This document shows, in pieces, positions 9,721 through 18,085 of a stretch of 64,000 nucleotides of DNA. Position numbers and translations under genes: made by a program. Source of the stretch: a virus (taxonomy: Duplodnaviria > Caudoviricetes); IMG/VR virus record IMGVR_UViG_3300032030_000020, positions 32,001-96,000 of that record. The stretch is one strand, 5' to 3'. Each line of letters starts with the position of its first letter. Position 1 is the first letter of the stretch. Under the pieces are notes generated by a model. The model made no database searches and was not told the origin of the DNA. It was given only the letters and a program-made list of their open reading frames with translations.

Positions 9721-9795
9721 ACCGTAGGTCGTCGCATGAATACAAGCCATGCATAATACTCGACCTGCGGAATTTTTTAATGGAGTGAAATGTTT

Positions 9796-10113
9796 ATGGC
9801 TCAAAAAAAAACTTATCTTTATCACATGTTAATCGGACAGAACGACCGAACTGAAGTCGATTGCTTTGTTGCAGCACGAAACTGCGGCGTCGCAATCGAC
9901 TACTGCAAAGAAGTCTACAAGGACAAGAAATACAACTCTTATCAGGCAATCAAGGTAGGGATCTGCCACAAACTCGAAGAGACAAGGATTCTAGATAAGG
10001 AAGAAGAGATGAAGCTGCGCAACGCAGGCGCAGACAGATTAGAGAAGTTCAGCGAAAGACAGATCGACATACCGAAGTTTATCCCCAAAGAAGAACTGGA
10101 GGCAAGCGTATGA
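9796..10113 (+). CDS. Hypothetical protein
   Basis: RBS GGAG; ATGA overlap with downstream gene. Confidence 0.7.
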   Translation: MAQKKTYLYHMLIGQNDRTEVDCFVAARNCGVAIDYCKEVYKDKKYNSYQAIKVGICHKLEETRILDKEEEMKLRNAGADRLEKFSERQIDIPKFIPKEELEASV

Positions 10114-10442
10114 CGGTTCTGTTTTTTAAAGTTGAAGACGTTCTCAATTTCCCTGAGACGGACGCAAAAGCGCCGAGCGGCAGGCTCGGCGTAGTTGACC
10201 GAATGGTCAAAGACCTAAGACAAAAATTAAGCGAAGAGCCGGTCGGAACACAACTCGTTTTATACGGAGAGTGGGCAGACGACTGGGATTTTGACGAAAA
10301 CAAGTGTACTCCTGACGGGAAGTACCTGATTAAAAAATTGGAAAGACGCGGCCTGCATATTATGGATAAGGCCGTCGGAGATAACCCGATCACAAACTAC
10401 ATTCAAAGGAAACACGTCGATCAGCACGACGTGTTGGCATAA
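10110..10442 (+). CDS. Degenerate HAD (Swiss-Army-knife RNA-repair type) domain protein
   Basis: FFKVEDVLN in place of FLDIDGVLN; APSG..G; LVLYGEW; no terminal DD motif. Confidence 0.6.
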   Translation: MTVLFFKVEDVLNFPETDAKAPSGRLGVVDRMVKDLRQKLSEEPVGTQLVLYGEWADDWDFDENKCTPDGKYLIKKLERRGLHIMDKAVGDNPITNYIQRKHVDQHDVLA

Positions 10443-10681
10443 TGATGAAAACAAATGATTCAGCGATTGTTACAGCAACAGCTGTGATTCTTTTACAGAT
10501 AACATTATTGGCACTAAAACTGTTCAATGTAATTAATTGGGGTTATGAATGGGTTCTGGCTCCTATCTGGATACCGTATCTATTCGTAATTCTACTAACA
10601 ATAAGTATTATTATTTTTGAAGCATGTATCATTATAGGAAGGAAAATTAAATATGGATTATTTGGTCGGAAAAAATCCTGA
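10442..10681 (+). CDS. Two-TM membrane protein
   Basis: LKLFNVINWGYEWVLAPIW, a common phage membrane motif. Confidence 0.75.
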   Translation: MMKTNDSAIVTATAVILLQITLLALKLFNVINWGYEWVLAPIWIPYLFVILLTISIIIFEACIIIGRKIKYGLFGRKKS

Positions 10682-10859
10682 CGCAGAATTCAGAGCACAG
10701 GTTGTAGCTCGCATCAAAGCAAACGGTGGATATTGTATCTCTAAATTTGAACGATCTCCTGACACCAAATGCCATTGCAAAGCCTTCAAAGAGAACGGCG
10801 ATTGCGAGTGCGGCCTGTTTATTAAGGTTCCTTGCTATGAGATAGCGGAAGGGAGCTAA
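10653..10859 (+). CDS. Ferredoxin-thioredoxin reductase beta-like small protein
   Basis: NPD...NGGYCIS...KCHC...CECGLF; first CPC motif is altered to CIS. Confidence 0.7.
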   Translation: MDYLVGKNPDAEFRAQVVARIKANGGYCISKFERSPDTKCHCKAFKENGDCECGLFIKVPCYEIAEGS

Positions 10860-10860
10860 T

Positions 10861-11370
10861 ATGCAGGGTGTTGCAGAATTTCATAAGGTATCTTTTAATC
10901 AGTTCCTACAGGATTCTAAGGCGGCTGGTTTCATCGATTCTGAGACAGATCCTGAAATTGTAAAAATAATCTGGGATCAAATCAAACTACCGAAGAGAGC
11001 CACCGGTGGATCAGCAGGATACGACTTCTATCTTCCTTTTCCGTTCTCGCTAAGTCCGTGCGCATCAGTAACGATTCCTACGGGCATACGATGTGATATG
11101 CAGCCTGGGTGGTGTCTATTTCTGTTGCCGCGCTCTGGGCTGGGTTTTAAATATGGCATTCGATTATTAAACACAGTTGGTTTAATCGACAGCGACTACT
11201 ACTATGCGAAGAACGAAGGCCACATCCAAGCAAAAATTGAAGTAGAGAGCAATATGTGCCTTCAACAGGGGGACAGGCTCATACAGGGCGTATTTCTACC
11301 GCACGGACTTGCAAGAACGGAAGAAACGGTTGGTGTACGAACCGGCGGATTTGGTTCTACGGGGGTATAA
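10861..11370 (+). CDS. dut: Trimeric dUTPase
   Basis: All five motifs present: SAGYDF, PRSG, GLIDSDY, GDRLIQ, RTGGFGSTG. Confidence 0.95.
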   Translation: MQGVAEFHKVSFNQFLQDSKAAGFIDSETDPEIVKIIWDQIKLPKRATGGSAGYDFYLPFPFSLSPCASVTIPTGIRCDMQPGWCLFLLPRSGLGFKYGIRLLNTVGLIDSDYYYAKNEGHIQAKIEVESNMCLQQGDRLIQGVFLPHGLARTEETVGVRTGGFGSTGV

Positions 11371-11371
11371 C

Positions 11372-11653
11372 ATGTTCAAAAAGATTATCATACTCATCAT
11401 GCGATGTGCTTTGTCTAATAACATCCACGAGAGAATCAAATACACGGCCGACGCAGCCAAGATGATCAAAAACCTTGAACAATCTATTAACGATCTGATA
11501 GACAAAACCGTAAAAGCAGGAGAAACCATTACAGATCAGAACGATCTGTTGGAATGTTTCTATGCGGCAACCGGAGAACGGTCGTACGACATTGTAACAA
11601 CATGGCGCACGCTGAAAAAATTAAAGAAAAAAAGATTAACAGAAAGGGATTAA
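11372..11653 (+). CDS. Hypothetical protein
   Basis: ATG immediately after dut stop. Confidence 0.65.
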   Translation: MFKKIIILIMRCALSNNIHERIKYTADAAKMIKNLEQSINDLIDKTVKAGETITDQNDLLECFYAATGERSYDIVTTWRTLKKLKKKRLTERD

Positions 11654-11657
11654 AGTC

Positions 11658-12431
11658 ATGAGAAAGTATGACGTTGCGTATGTTCCCAACGGTCCAGCAA
11701 ACTATTTTCCAGCAAAGGATCTGAGCGAAATGACGCTCGAAGAAATTGTTGCAAAGCACATTAAGACGTGCGGCAAAGCCAACGGGAACCTTGCAGTCTG
11801 TTCTCAGTGCAAGTCTCCGTGCAGGGAAGGGAAGCGAGCAATTCAGCTGCTTTCCAACAAGGTCTACAACGATCCACCGATTCCGCTCTATGGCGGCAAA
11901 ACACTGATCGAAAAGGCGAGAGAAGAAAACCTGAAGAGAAAAGAGAACGCTTCAAACATCAGCATTCTTGCCGATGCTTTGGCTGAAGCACACAAAGAAG
12001 AACAGCCGAAGAAGAAAAAACGTGGCAGCTATTTGGCCTGGGACGGATGGTACGAAGAAGCAACGAAAACTGGAGATCCTATCAAATGGGTTATGGACAA
12101 CATGAAGCTTTCTAAAACACAAGCCAAGAAGAAAGTCTACATGTACGAATACCATCATGGTCTGCGACAGGTAAAGGAAGAGTCCAAGAAAGAAACAGTT
12201 GAACCCATATCCAAAGAAACCAAAGTTGAATCCAAAGAAAATAAAACCGAATCCAAAGCAGTCGATGCTGGCATTGAAACCAAGATCGAACACCTGATGA
12301 AACTTCAGGAAGAACAGAAAAAGGCTATGGCAGAGTATCAGAAGTTATACGAAGAAGCCAAGAAGGAATATGAAAGGTTAAAGGCACAGGCTGACGTTCT
12401 CTGCGAAGCCTTGGATATCTTAAACAGCTAA
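11658..12431 (+). CDS. Hypothetical protein with Cys-rich N-terminus and coiled-coil C-terminus
   Basis: H...C...CxxC...C; K/E-rich heptads. Confidence 0.75.
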   Translation: MRKYDVAYVPNGPANYFPAKDLSEMTLEEIVAKHIKTCGKANGNLAVCSQCKSPCREGKRAIQLLSNKVYNDPPIPLYGGKTLIEKAREENLKRKENASNISILADALAEAHKEEQPKKKKRGSYLAWDGWYEEATKTGDPIKWVMDNMKLSKTQAKKKVYMYEYHHGLRQVKEESKKETVEPISKETKVESKENKTESKAVDAGIETKIEHLMKLQEEQKKAMAEYQKLYEEAKKEYERLKAQADVLCEALDILNS

Positions 12432-12436
12432 AGAAG

Positions 12437-12676
12437 GTGATACCCATGACACCGCAAGAGCTGATTGCCAAACTGGTGAGCATCGAAGGTCCGTGTGGTC
12501 GCCTATGCTCATACTGTGACGAGCAGTTTGACACAGCCGAAGTCAAAGAGTGCGTGGAAAGCATGATCCGAAAAATCTATCTTCTTCAATCAAACCAAGA
12601 CAGAATAATGAAAGAAATGATTTCCATGCGCCAAGCCTACAAAGAAGCAACGGGAAAGGAGTACCCATGCGAGTAA
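12437..12676 (+). CDS. Hypothetical protein
   Basis: Operon packing; CxxxCxxC. Confidence 0.65.
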   Translation: MIPMTPQELIAKLVSIEGPCGRLCSYCDEQFDTAEVKECVESMIRKIYLLQSNQDRIMKEMISMRQAYKEATGKEYPCE

Positions 12677-13305
12677 CACTCATCAGATACACAGAAGCTC
12701 CGGCTGAACTGTGTGGTTCCGCCGCTGCAATCTGTTACGATTCACAAAACCCGGAGAGTTCATTGAAACACTCTGTTGAATCAGGTCACACAAGCGTTCT
12801 GGAACATGCTTCTTTCACGTTCCAGATTGAAGGAATCAGCCGTGCATGCCTTGCCCAGTTAACAAGGCACCGGCTTGCATCCTTTGATGTACAAAGCCAG
12901 AGATATGTAAAACTTGACAATCCCGAACTTGTTATTCCAGACACCATCAAAGACTCAGGATTTGCCGCTGAAGTAGAAAGCACCATGAGATACGTCATGA
13001 ACCTTTACAAGCGCATGGTTGATGCCGGAATCCCTGCCGAAGACGCAAGATACGTTACTCCCCAAGCCGTCCCGACAAAACTGTATATGACAATGAACTG
13101 CCGGGAGATGCTGCACTTCTTTAGTCTCAGGACGTGCAACAGAGCGCAATGGGAGATAAGACGTATGGCGGATGAAATGTTGAAGATTTGCCGCGAGAAA
13201 GCACCGGAGATCTTCGGAGAAGCAGGGCCGGGATGCGTCACAGGCAAATGCCCTGAGAAAAGACCATGTGGCAAACCAAGGAACGTTGGCGACTGGAATG
13301 AATAA
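12667..13305 (+). CDS. thyX: FAD-dependent thymidylate synthase
   Basis: GHTSVLEH; RHRLASFDVQSQRY signature; EDARY; RAQWEIR; start revised to ATG 12667. Confidence 0.95.
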   Translation: MRVTLIRYTEAPAELCGSAAAICYDSQNPESSLKHSVESGHTSVLEHASFTFQIEGISRACLAQLTRHRLASFDVQSQRYVKLDNPELVIPDTIKDSGFAAEVESTMRYVMNLYKRMVDAGIPAEDARYVTPQAVPTKLYMTMNCREMLHFFSLRTCNRAQWEIRRMADEMLKICREKAPEIFGEAGPGCVTGKCPEKRPCGKPRNVGDWNE

Positions 13306-13387
13306 GATCATTCTGTTGATTGTGCTTTTGGTTTTGTTATATCTTGCAACTCGAAGCAACAATAGACCTAAATATTAGGGGGATACC

Positions 13388-13606
13388 ATGGTTGTAAAAA
13401 TTAACAACGTAACCATCAGTGGGATTGAAAGATCCCCGTTGAGCGTCTATGTCAACCCGGATCACATCGTCGACTTTTATGTCGTGGACGACCGGACAAT
13501 CATCACTCTACCGACGGGCGAGTATTACATGGTGCAGGGTGACAAGACTGCAGAACTGGCAAAGATTATTACGACTGCAACAAACACAAAGGTGGCTGTA
13601 CTGTAA
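13388..13606 (+). CDS. FlbD/SwrD-like protein
   Basis: VYVNPDHI....DDRTIITLPTGEYYMV..D..EL..II pattern; typical family size. Confidence 0.6.
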   Translation: MVVKINNVTISGIERSPLSVYVNPDHIVDFYVVDDRTIITLPTGEYYMVQGDKTAELAKIITTATNTKVAVL

Positions 13607-14163
13607 TGATCGGAAAACTTTCAGGACTCACGTATAATCAAGACGGTTCGCAAAATATCACCATAACTGTGACAGATAACTTTGCAGTTGAATATGACGA
13701 ACTCAAAGAAGCCGATGTGAACATTGAGATCAAAAAGTTCCACAAGCGCAGAAGTTTGGATGCCAATGCCTACGCATGGACGATCATAGACAAAATCGCA
13801 GAAAAGACCGGTGAAAAGAAAACGGCCGTGTACCGAAACGCCATCAGAGAAATCGGCGGCGTATCCACGATTATCTGTGTGCGGGATATTGCAGCCGACG
13901 CTTTGTGCAGAGGGTGGGCCGAACACGGCACAGGGTGGATGACCGAGAAAACAAAAAGCAAGATTCCCGGCTGCACTAACGTGACACTTTGGTACGGTTC
14001 ATCTGTGTACGATAGTCGACAAATGTCTATGCTTATCGATAGTCTGATACAGGACGCAGAAGCATTGGGGATTCCGACGATCACGGAAAAGGAAAAGGAA
14101 CAATTGATTGGAAGATGGACCGTAAAAGAAGAAAAGAAAAAGGAAAAAAAGAATGACAAGTAA
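13606..14163 (+). CDS. NinB-like recombination protein
   Basis: RRSLDANAYAW...GSSVYDSRQMSMLID...AEALGI. Confidence 0.75.
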   Translation: MIGKLSGLTYNQDGSQNITITVTDNFAVEYDELKEADVNIEIKKFHKRRSLDANAYAWTIIDKIAEKTGEKKTAVYRNAIREIGGVSTIICVRDIAADALCRGWAEHGTGWMTEKTKSKIPGCTNVTLWYGSSVYDSRQMSMLIDSLIQDAEALGIPTITEKEKEQLIGRWTVKEEKKKEKKNDK

Positions 14164-14234
14164 AAAAAGAGCGGATTCTTCACAGTGCTGATCAATTAGC
14201 TAGTAAAATCGACAAGATTTAAGGCGGATAACAT

Positions 14235-14615
14235 ATGAGCAAAACAAACTGTATAAACTGCGGCGCAGCAAAAGACACCAACGAAATCAAATGTCCGTTC
14301 TGCGGCACAACCTATGTTGACTTGACGGCGATTGACTTTTCTTCCGGCGATCCAGTCGTGTGCCAGTTTGTGCTGCCAAACAACATTAGAATAGGTAACT
14401 CAAAAGCCAAGATGATTATGTCTATGCTTGCAAAACCCTGCCTTGAAGATGTTTCCGTGACATCAAACACAACAGATTTATATTGTGGATGGCGTGGTGC
14501 GCCGATTAGCTTCGTAAACAATTATGATATCAACGTCGGTGTATCTTTCAAGCCAATACAACGCGAAGACAAATCCATAATAACTTTTACCGCAGCAGAA
14601 ACAGGTGATGAATGA
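14235..14615 (+). CDS. Zinc-ribbon protein
   Basis: NCINCGA...CPFCGT. Confidence 0.75.
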   Translation: MSKTNCINCGAAKDTNEIKCPFCGTTYVDLTAIDFSSGDPVVCQFVLPNNIRIGNSKAKMIMSMLAKPCLEDVSVTSNTTDLYCGWRGAPISFVNNYDINVGVSFKPIQREDKSIITFTAAETGDE

Positions 14616-14892
14616 TGGCAAAAAGTATTATGCAATCCGAAAAGAAATGCTATGTTTCCGGCGCTGAGTATAACTTGGATTGCCATCACTAAATGTGATG
14701 ACAGGTACAGCGAACCGGAAACTGTCTGAGAAGTACGGTCTCAAAGTCTGGCTCCGGCATGACATTCACATGGACTTGCATGACCGCAACAAAGAGCTTG
14801 AGATTAAGCTCAAGCAAGATGCTCAGCGAGCATTTGAAAAGAAATACTCCCATGAAGCGTGGATGAAAATTTTTAGAAAAAATTACCTTTAA
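14615..14892 (+). pseudogene. HNH-like (His-Me finger) small phage gene disrupted by a 5-nt insertion
   Basis: MAKSIMQ..KCY...CHH-stop (14690), then VMTGTANRKLSEKYGL...IFRKNYL in another frame. Confidence 0.75.
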
Positions 14893-14959
14893 TAAAGAGA
14901 ATAATACTGTGAATATGCCTGCGCCTTGGGCGTCTTACTATCACAAACAGGAGTAACGT

Positions 14960-15118
14960 ATGGTACCAATTATCTTTATTCTAGTCGTCTGGCTTGGCAT
15001 TTGGCTGTACTTCGCATGGAGACGGCACGAAATGTTGGAAGTCATCGCTGCTATTCTGATCTCCATTGCGGAAGACTGCGAGGACGAAGACTGCGAGGAC
15101 GAAGATGACTTCGACTAA
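14960..15118 (+). CDS. Small membrane protein with acidic tail (52 aa)
   Basis: RBS AGGAG; MVPIIFILVVWLGIWLYFAW...EDCEDEDCEDEDDFD. Confidence 0.65.
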   Translation: MVPIIFILVVWLGIWLYFAWRRHEMLEVIAAILISIAEDCEDEDCEDEDDFD

Positions 15119-15305
15119 AATGACGCTATGTTGGGATTGCAAGAAAGCCTGCGGCGGATGCAGATGGTCTGACAAACTTCTGCCCGTCCCGGGCTGGACT
15201 GCAAAGGAAACAACACACAAGATTGGTGTAAGCTACATCGTATCAGAATGCCCGCAGTTCGAAAGAGATGGAATCAACGGTGGCGTAAAACGATATAAGC
15301 CATAA
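15105..15305 (+). CDS. Cys-rich hypothetical protein
   Basis: TLCWDC...GGCRWS...PVPGW...CPQF. Confidence 0.7.
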   Translation: MTSTKMTLCWDCKKACGGCRWSDKLLPVPGWTAKETTHKIGVSYIVSECPQFERDGINGGVKRYKP

Positions 15306-15340
15306 AAAAGCTCCCGCCCAAAAGGCGGGAGCAATTCTTT
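15304..15340. terminator. Intrinsic terminator (possibly bidirectional)
   Basis: A6-GCTCCCGCC-CAAAA-GGCGGGAGC-AATTCTTT. Confidence 0.75.
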
Positions 15341-15374
15341 ATAATTTCAAAAAACGGGGGTACATAATATATAT

Positions 15375-15587
15375 ATGGATAAGCTTTTAAGCGTGAAAGA
15401 TATTATGGAACGACATCATTTGAAGAGCCGACAGACGGCCGTCAAAAGAATGAAGGAAATGGGAACCCGTTTGGACATCAGACCCTATCTCGTACCAGAG
15501 CAGGCCGTAATCGAATGGGAAAGGAGGAAAGAAGTACACCCGCCGGAATATCTCAGAGCCATCGCAAGACTCCGAAAGATCAATTGA
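15375..15587 (+). CDS. Excisionase-like winged-helix protein
   Basis: LLSVKDIMER...; small and basic; directly upstream of integrase. Confidence 0.65.
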   Translation: MDKLLSVKDIMERHHLKSRQTAVKRMKEMGTRLDIRPYLVPEQAVIEWERRKEVHPPEYLRAIARLRKIN

Positions 15588-15613
15588 CAATTGCAATTTC
15601 TACTTATTATAAT
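15584..15613 (+). promoter_or_regulatory. Consensus sigma-A promoter for integrase
   Basis: TTGACA (15584-89), 18-bp spacer, TATAAT (15608-13). Confidence 0.8.
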
Positions 15614-15638
15614 TGTACGTTGAAAGGAGTCGAGAGTT

Positions 15639-16796
15639 GTGCCGAGACAGAAGAAGCTTCGTTTAAAGAAGCGCAAGGATGGGTACTACGCATGTCGGTA
15701 TAAAGATCAATGGTTCTACTCAAAGGTTTCTTCTGACGATGCAATCGCACAGAGAGAAGAATACATCGAACTTGAAAAGAAGCACGAAACAGAACTTCTG
15801 TTCGGCCCTAAGTTAAAGGATTATGCGGAGAAATGGCTGAAGAACATAGATACCGGAGCAGGAATAAGCACAGTACGCAACAACAAAATCCAGATACGCA
15901 AACTGACAGATCGGTACGGCGACCGTTTTATTTCAGAAATCAAAGCATCAGACATCAGAACACTTTTCGCAGAAAAGTATAACGGTCAATCTACTGACTA
16001 TATCAGACACGCAGCTTCGCTCTACAGAAGGCTGTTTGACGCGGCAGTAGACGACGGGTATATCAAACACAATCCGGCCAGACAAAAGTCAGCCAAGCCG
16101 CACAAAGGAACAACAGGTTCACACAGGGCTATCACAGAACAGGAAAGAGATCTGATCGAGAATCATTGCAAAGATCACAGGATCTATCCTGCGGTCATGA
16201 CCATGCTGTACGCAGGACTACGGCCGCAGGAAATCAAAGCTTTCGATATCGACAGATCGGTAGACTTTGAAAAGAACGAGATCCGATTAATGGATTTTGT
16301 AAAACTTGCGGATAACACACACTACGAAGTGACAAACAAAGGCAAGACAGAGAACGCAACAAGGACCATTCCTTTACTTGAACCGCTGCGCAAGGTTCTT
16401 AAAGGACGGCACGGGCTTCTTGTTTCTACGGCGAGCGGCAAACCTGTCACAGTCGGAGCGTGGCGAGCCGCATATAAGTCTTACGTCCGCAATATGGAGT
16501 ACGTGATAAACAACGCCCCGAGAAAGACCAAAAAGCAGAAAGAGTGGAAAAAGTTCACTGTTGTCCCGTACGATCTCCGGCACTCTTTCTGTACGATGTG
16601 TAGAGACAACGGAGTGGAACTCAAAACCTGTGTTTTGTGGATGGGGCACAGCGATGCTACAATGATTCTCAAAATTTACGACGAAGCGCCGGACGCAAGA
16701 CTGAAATCCGAAGCTGAAAAGTTAAATGAAAAGCTGATTCAGAGTATGAATGGTAGTATGAAGAATCAGAAGAAGTCTGAACCCGTTGAAAAATAA
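15639..16796 (+). CDS. int: Tyrosine recombinase/integrase
   Basis: GLRPQE, KT..ATRTIPL, YDLRH, MGHS, KIY; N-terminal arm-binding-type domain. Confidence 0.95.
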   Translation: MPRQKKLRLKKRKDGYYACRYKDQWFYSKVSSDDAIAQREEYIELEKKHETELLFGPKLKDYAEKWLKNIDTGAGISTVRNNKIQIRKLTDRYGDRFISEIKASDIRTLFAEKYNGQSTDYIRHAASLYRRLFDAAVDDGYIKHNPARQKSAKPHKGTTGSHRAITEQERDLIENHCKDHRIYPAVMTMLYAGLRPQEIKAFDIDRSVDFEKNEIRLMDFVKLADNTHYEVTNKGKTENATRTIPLLEPLRKVLKGRHGLLVSTASGKPVTVGAWRAAYKSYVRNMEYVINNAPRKTKKQKEWKKFTVVPYDLRHSFCTMCRDNGVELKTCVLWMGHSDATMILKIYDEAPDARLKSEAEKLNEKLIQSMNGSMKNQKKSEPVEK

Positions 16797-16982
16797 GGAG
16801 TGCAAGGTAGTGGGACTTTCACCGATGATGCGAAAACCCAGAAAAATCAAGGCTCCAAGCAAACGCTTGAATGGCAGGAAAATCAAGGCGACTGAAACTA
16901 AATTCCAAAATTCCCAATGTTAATTAAGGTTAAAATACTACGATTAAGGTTAACGATTTGGTAGTATAAAAGGTAGTATAAG
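16741..16982. other. Probable attP region
   Basis: GGTAGTAT repeats on both sides of a central region; ATTAAGGTTAA x2; GAAAA(A)TCAAGG repeats; lies at the int 3' end. Confidence 0.6.
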
Positions 16983-16992
16983 CTTTCTAAAC

Positions 16993-17021
16993 AAAGAGTC
17001 CGGCTTCGGTCGGGCTTTTTG
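16993..17021 (+). terminator. Intrinsic terminator
   Basis: AGTCCGGC-TTCG-GTCGGGCT-TTTT. Confidence 0.8.
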
Positions 17022-17056
17022 TGTAGGAAACTTTAGAAGAGTAAAAGGAGAATAGG

Positions 17057-17356
17057 TTGATGAACAAAGCAGATGTCGTCACAGCTATCGGCCGACAAAT
17101 CGAGTTGGCGAAACGACTTGGAAATCCGAACATTTTCTTTTCAATCAGCGAAGCGAATATGCTGATTGACTTGTTGAAAGAGCAGGAAGCGGTTGAACCT
17201 ATATTGGAACAGGACTCTATGGTTTGCGGAGTATGTGGGCATGAAGTCATTTGGCAGAAAATGCTCGGAGATGGAATTTGGGTAGACGAGAAACTTGATT
17301 ACTGCCCACATTGTGGAAGGTTGGTGAAATGGAATGACGAACCAAGAAGCAATTGA
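17057..17356 (+). CDS. Zinc-ribbon hypothetical protein
   Basis: RBS AAGGAG; CGVCG...YCPHCG. Confidence 0.75.
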   Translation: MMNKADVVTAIGRQIELAKRLGNPNIFFSISEANMLIDLLKEQEAVEPILEQDSMVCGVCGHEVIWQKMLGDGIWVDEKLDYCPHCGRLVKWNDEPRSN

Positions 17357-17696
17357 AACGATAGAAGCAAATTATCCACCGGAAAAATATTCTATGTTGA
17401 GAGAAGCATTGGATATAGCTCTTTCCTTGCTGAAAGAACAGGAAACAAGAGTGCTTGACTGGGACGAAATCAAAGACTATCCCGTTGTCTATGGGGAATT
17501 CAAAGACGTCAAGGAAATTTATCCTTTGATCATCACGTTCGACGGTCGGGGCCGGTGTCTTTCGTGGAACCCTGAAATCAACGTTAGTGATGAGTTTCTT
17601 CTCTTGACCTACGATGAAGAAGACAGAAAGAACACCCGCTGTTGGAACAAAATGCCAAAAGAAGAACAAAGACAGGCGGTGAAATGGAATGAGTGA
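17334..17696 (+). CDS. Hypothetical protein
   Basis: RBS GGTGA; RCWNKMP motif. Confidence 0.75.
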   Translation: MTNQEAIETIEANYPPEKYSMLREALDIALSLLKEQETRVLDWDEIKDYPVVYGEFKDVKEIYPLIITFDGRGRCLSWNPEINVSDEFLLLTYDEEDRKNTRCWNKMPKEEQRQAVKWNE

Positions 17697-17838
17697 TGTG
17701 ATTATCCTTTGTATGATAGGCGTTGCGGTAATTATTTGTATAGTTGGACTTTCCATTATACATTTTCAAGAAAAGAAAACGAAGACGAAATCAGCATATT
17801 ATAGTGCTGTTGGTGAATGGTTACATGGAAAAAGATGA
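17689..17838 (+). CDS. Small membrane protein (49 aa)
   Basis: Same GGTGAAATGGAATG junction as 17334; hydrophobic N-terminus. Confidence 0.55.
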   Translation: MSDVIILCMIGVAVIICIVGLSIIHFQEKKTKTKSAYYSAVGEWLHGKR

Positions 17839-17888
17839 AAGTGAAACGAAAACGATAACGATGAAATGGATGAAAGAAGTGTCTGAAA

Positions 17889-18065
17889 ATGTCAAAATTT
17901 GATTGCGGCCGGGTACAGGATGAAGTGCCGATGGACTGCCTGAGTTGTGCACAGTCTTTTAGCGCGGACGATGACGATGGAAACATGATATTGATTTGTG
18001 TCAAAGATAAGAATCACCCTGTACAAGTACGAGAGGATAACAATTGCGAAGAGTGGAAAGACTAA
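17889..18065 (+). CDS. Small Cys-rich protein (58 aa)
   Basis: CxxC...C...C; fills gap. Confidence 0.55.
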   Translation: MSKFDCGRVQDEVPMDCLSCAQSFSADDDDGNMILICVKDKNHPVQVREDNNCEEWKD

Positions 18066-18085
18066 CTTAAAGAAGGAGTTCGAGA

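Noticed and set aside
12550-12666. N-terminal extension of ThyX in the ORF track
   Set aside because: It overlaps the upstream gene; the RBS AAAGGAG supports ATG 12667
15071-15105. 15-bp tandem repeat as a regulatory element
   Set aside because: It simply encodes EDCED x2 in the small membrane protein
16800-16910. tRNA gene or tRNA fragment at att
   Set aside because: No cloverleaf or T-loop/CCA recognised; no tRNA or rRNA recognised anywhere in the window by eye
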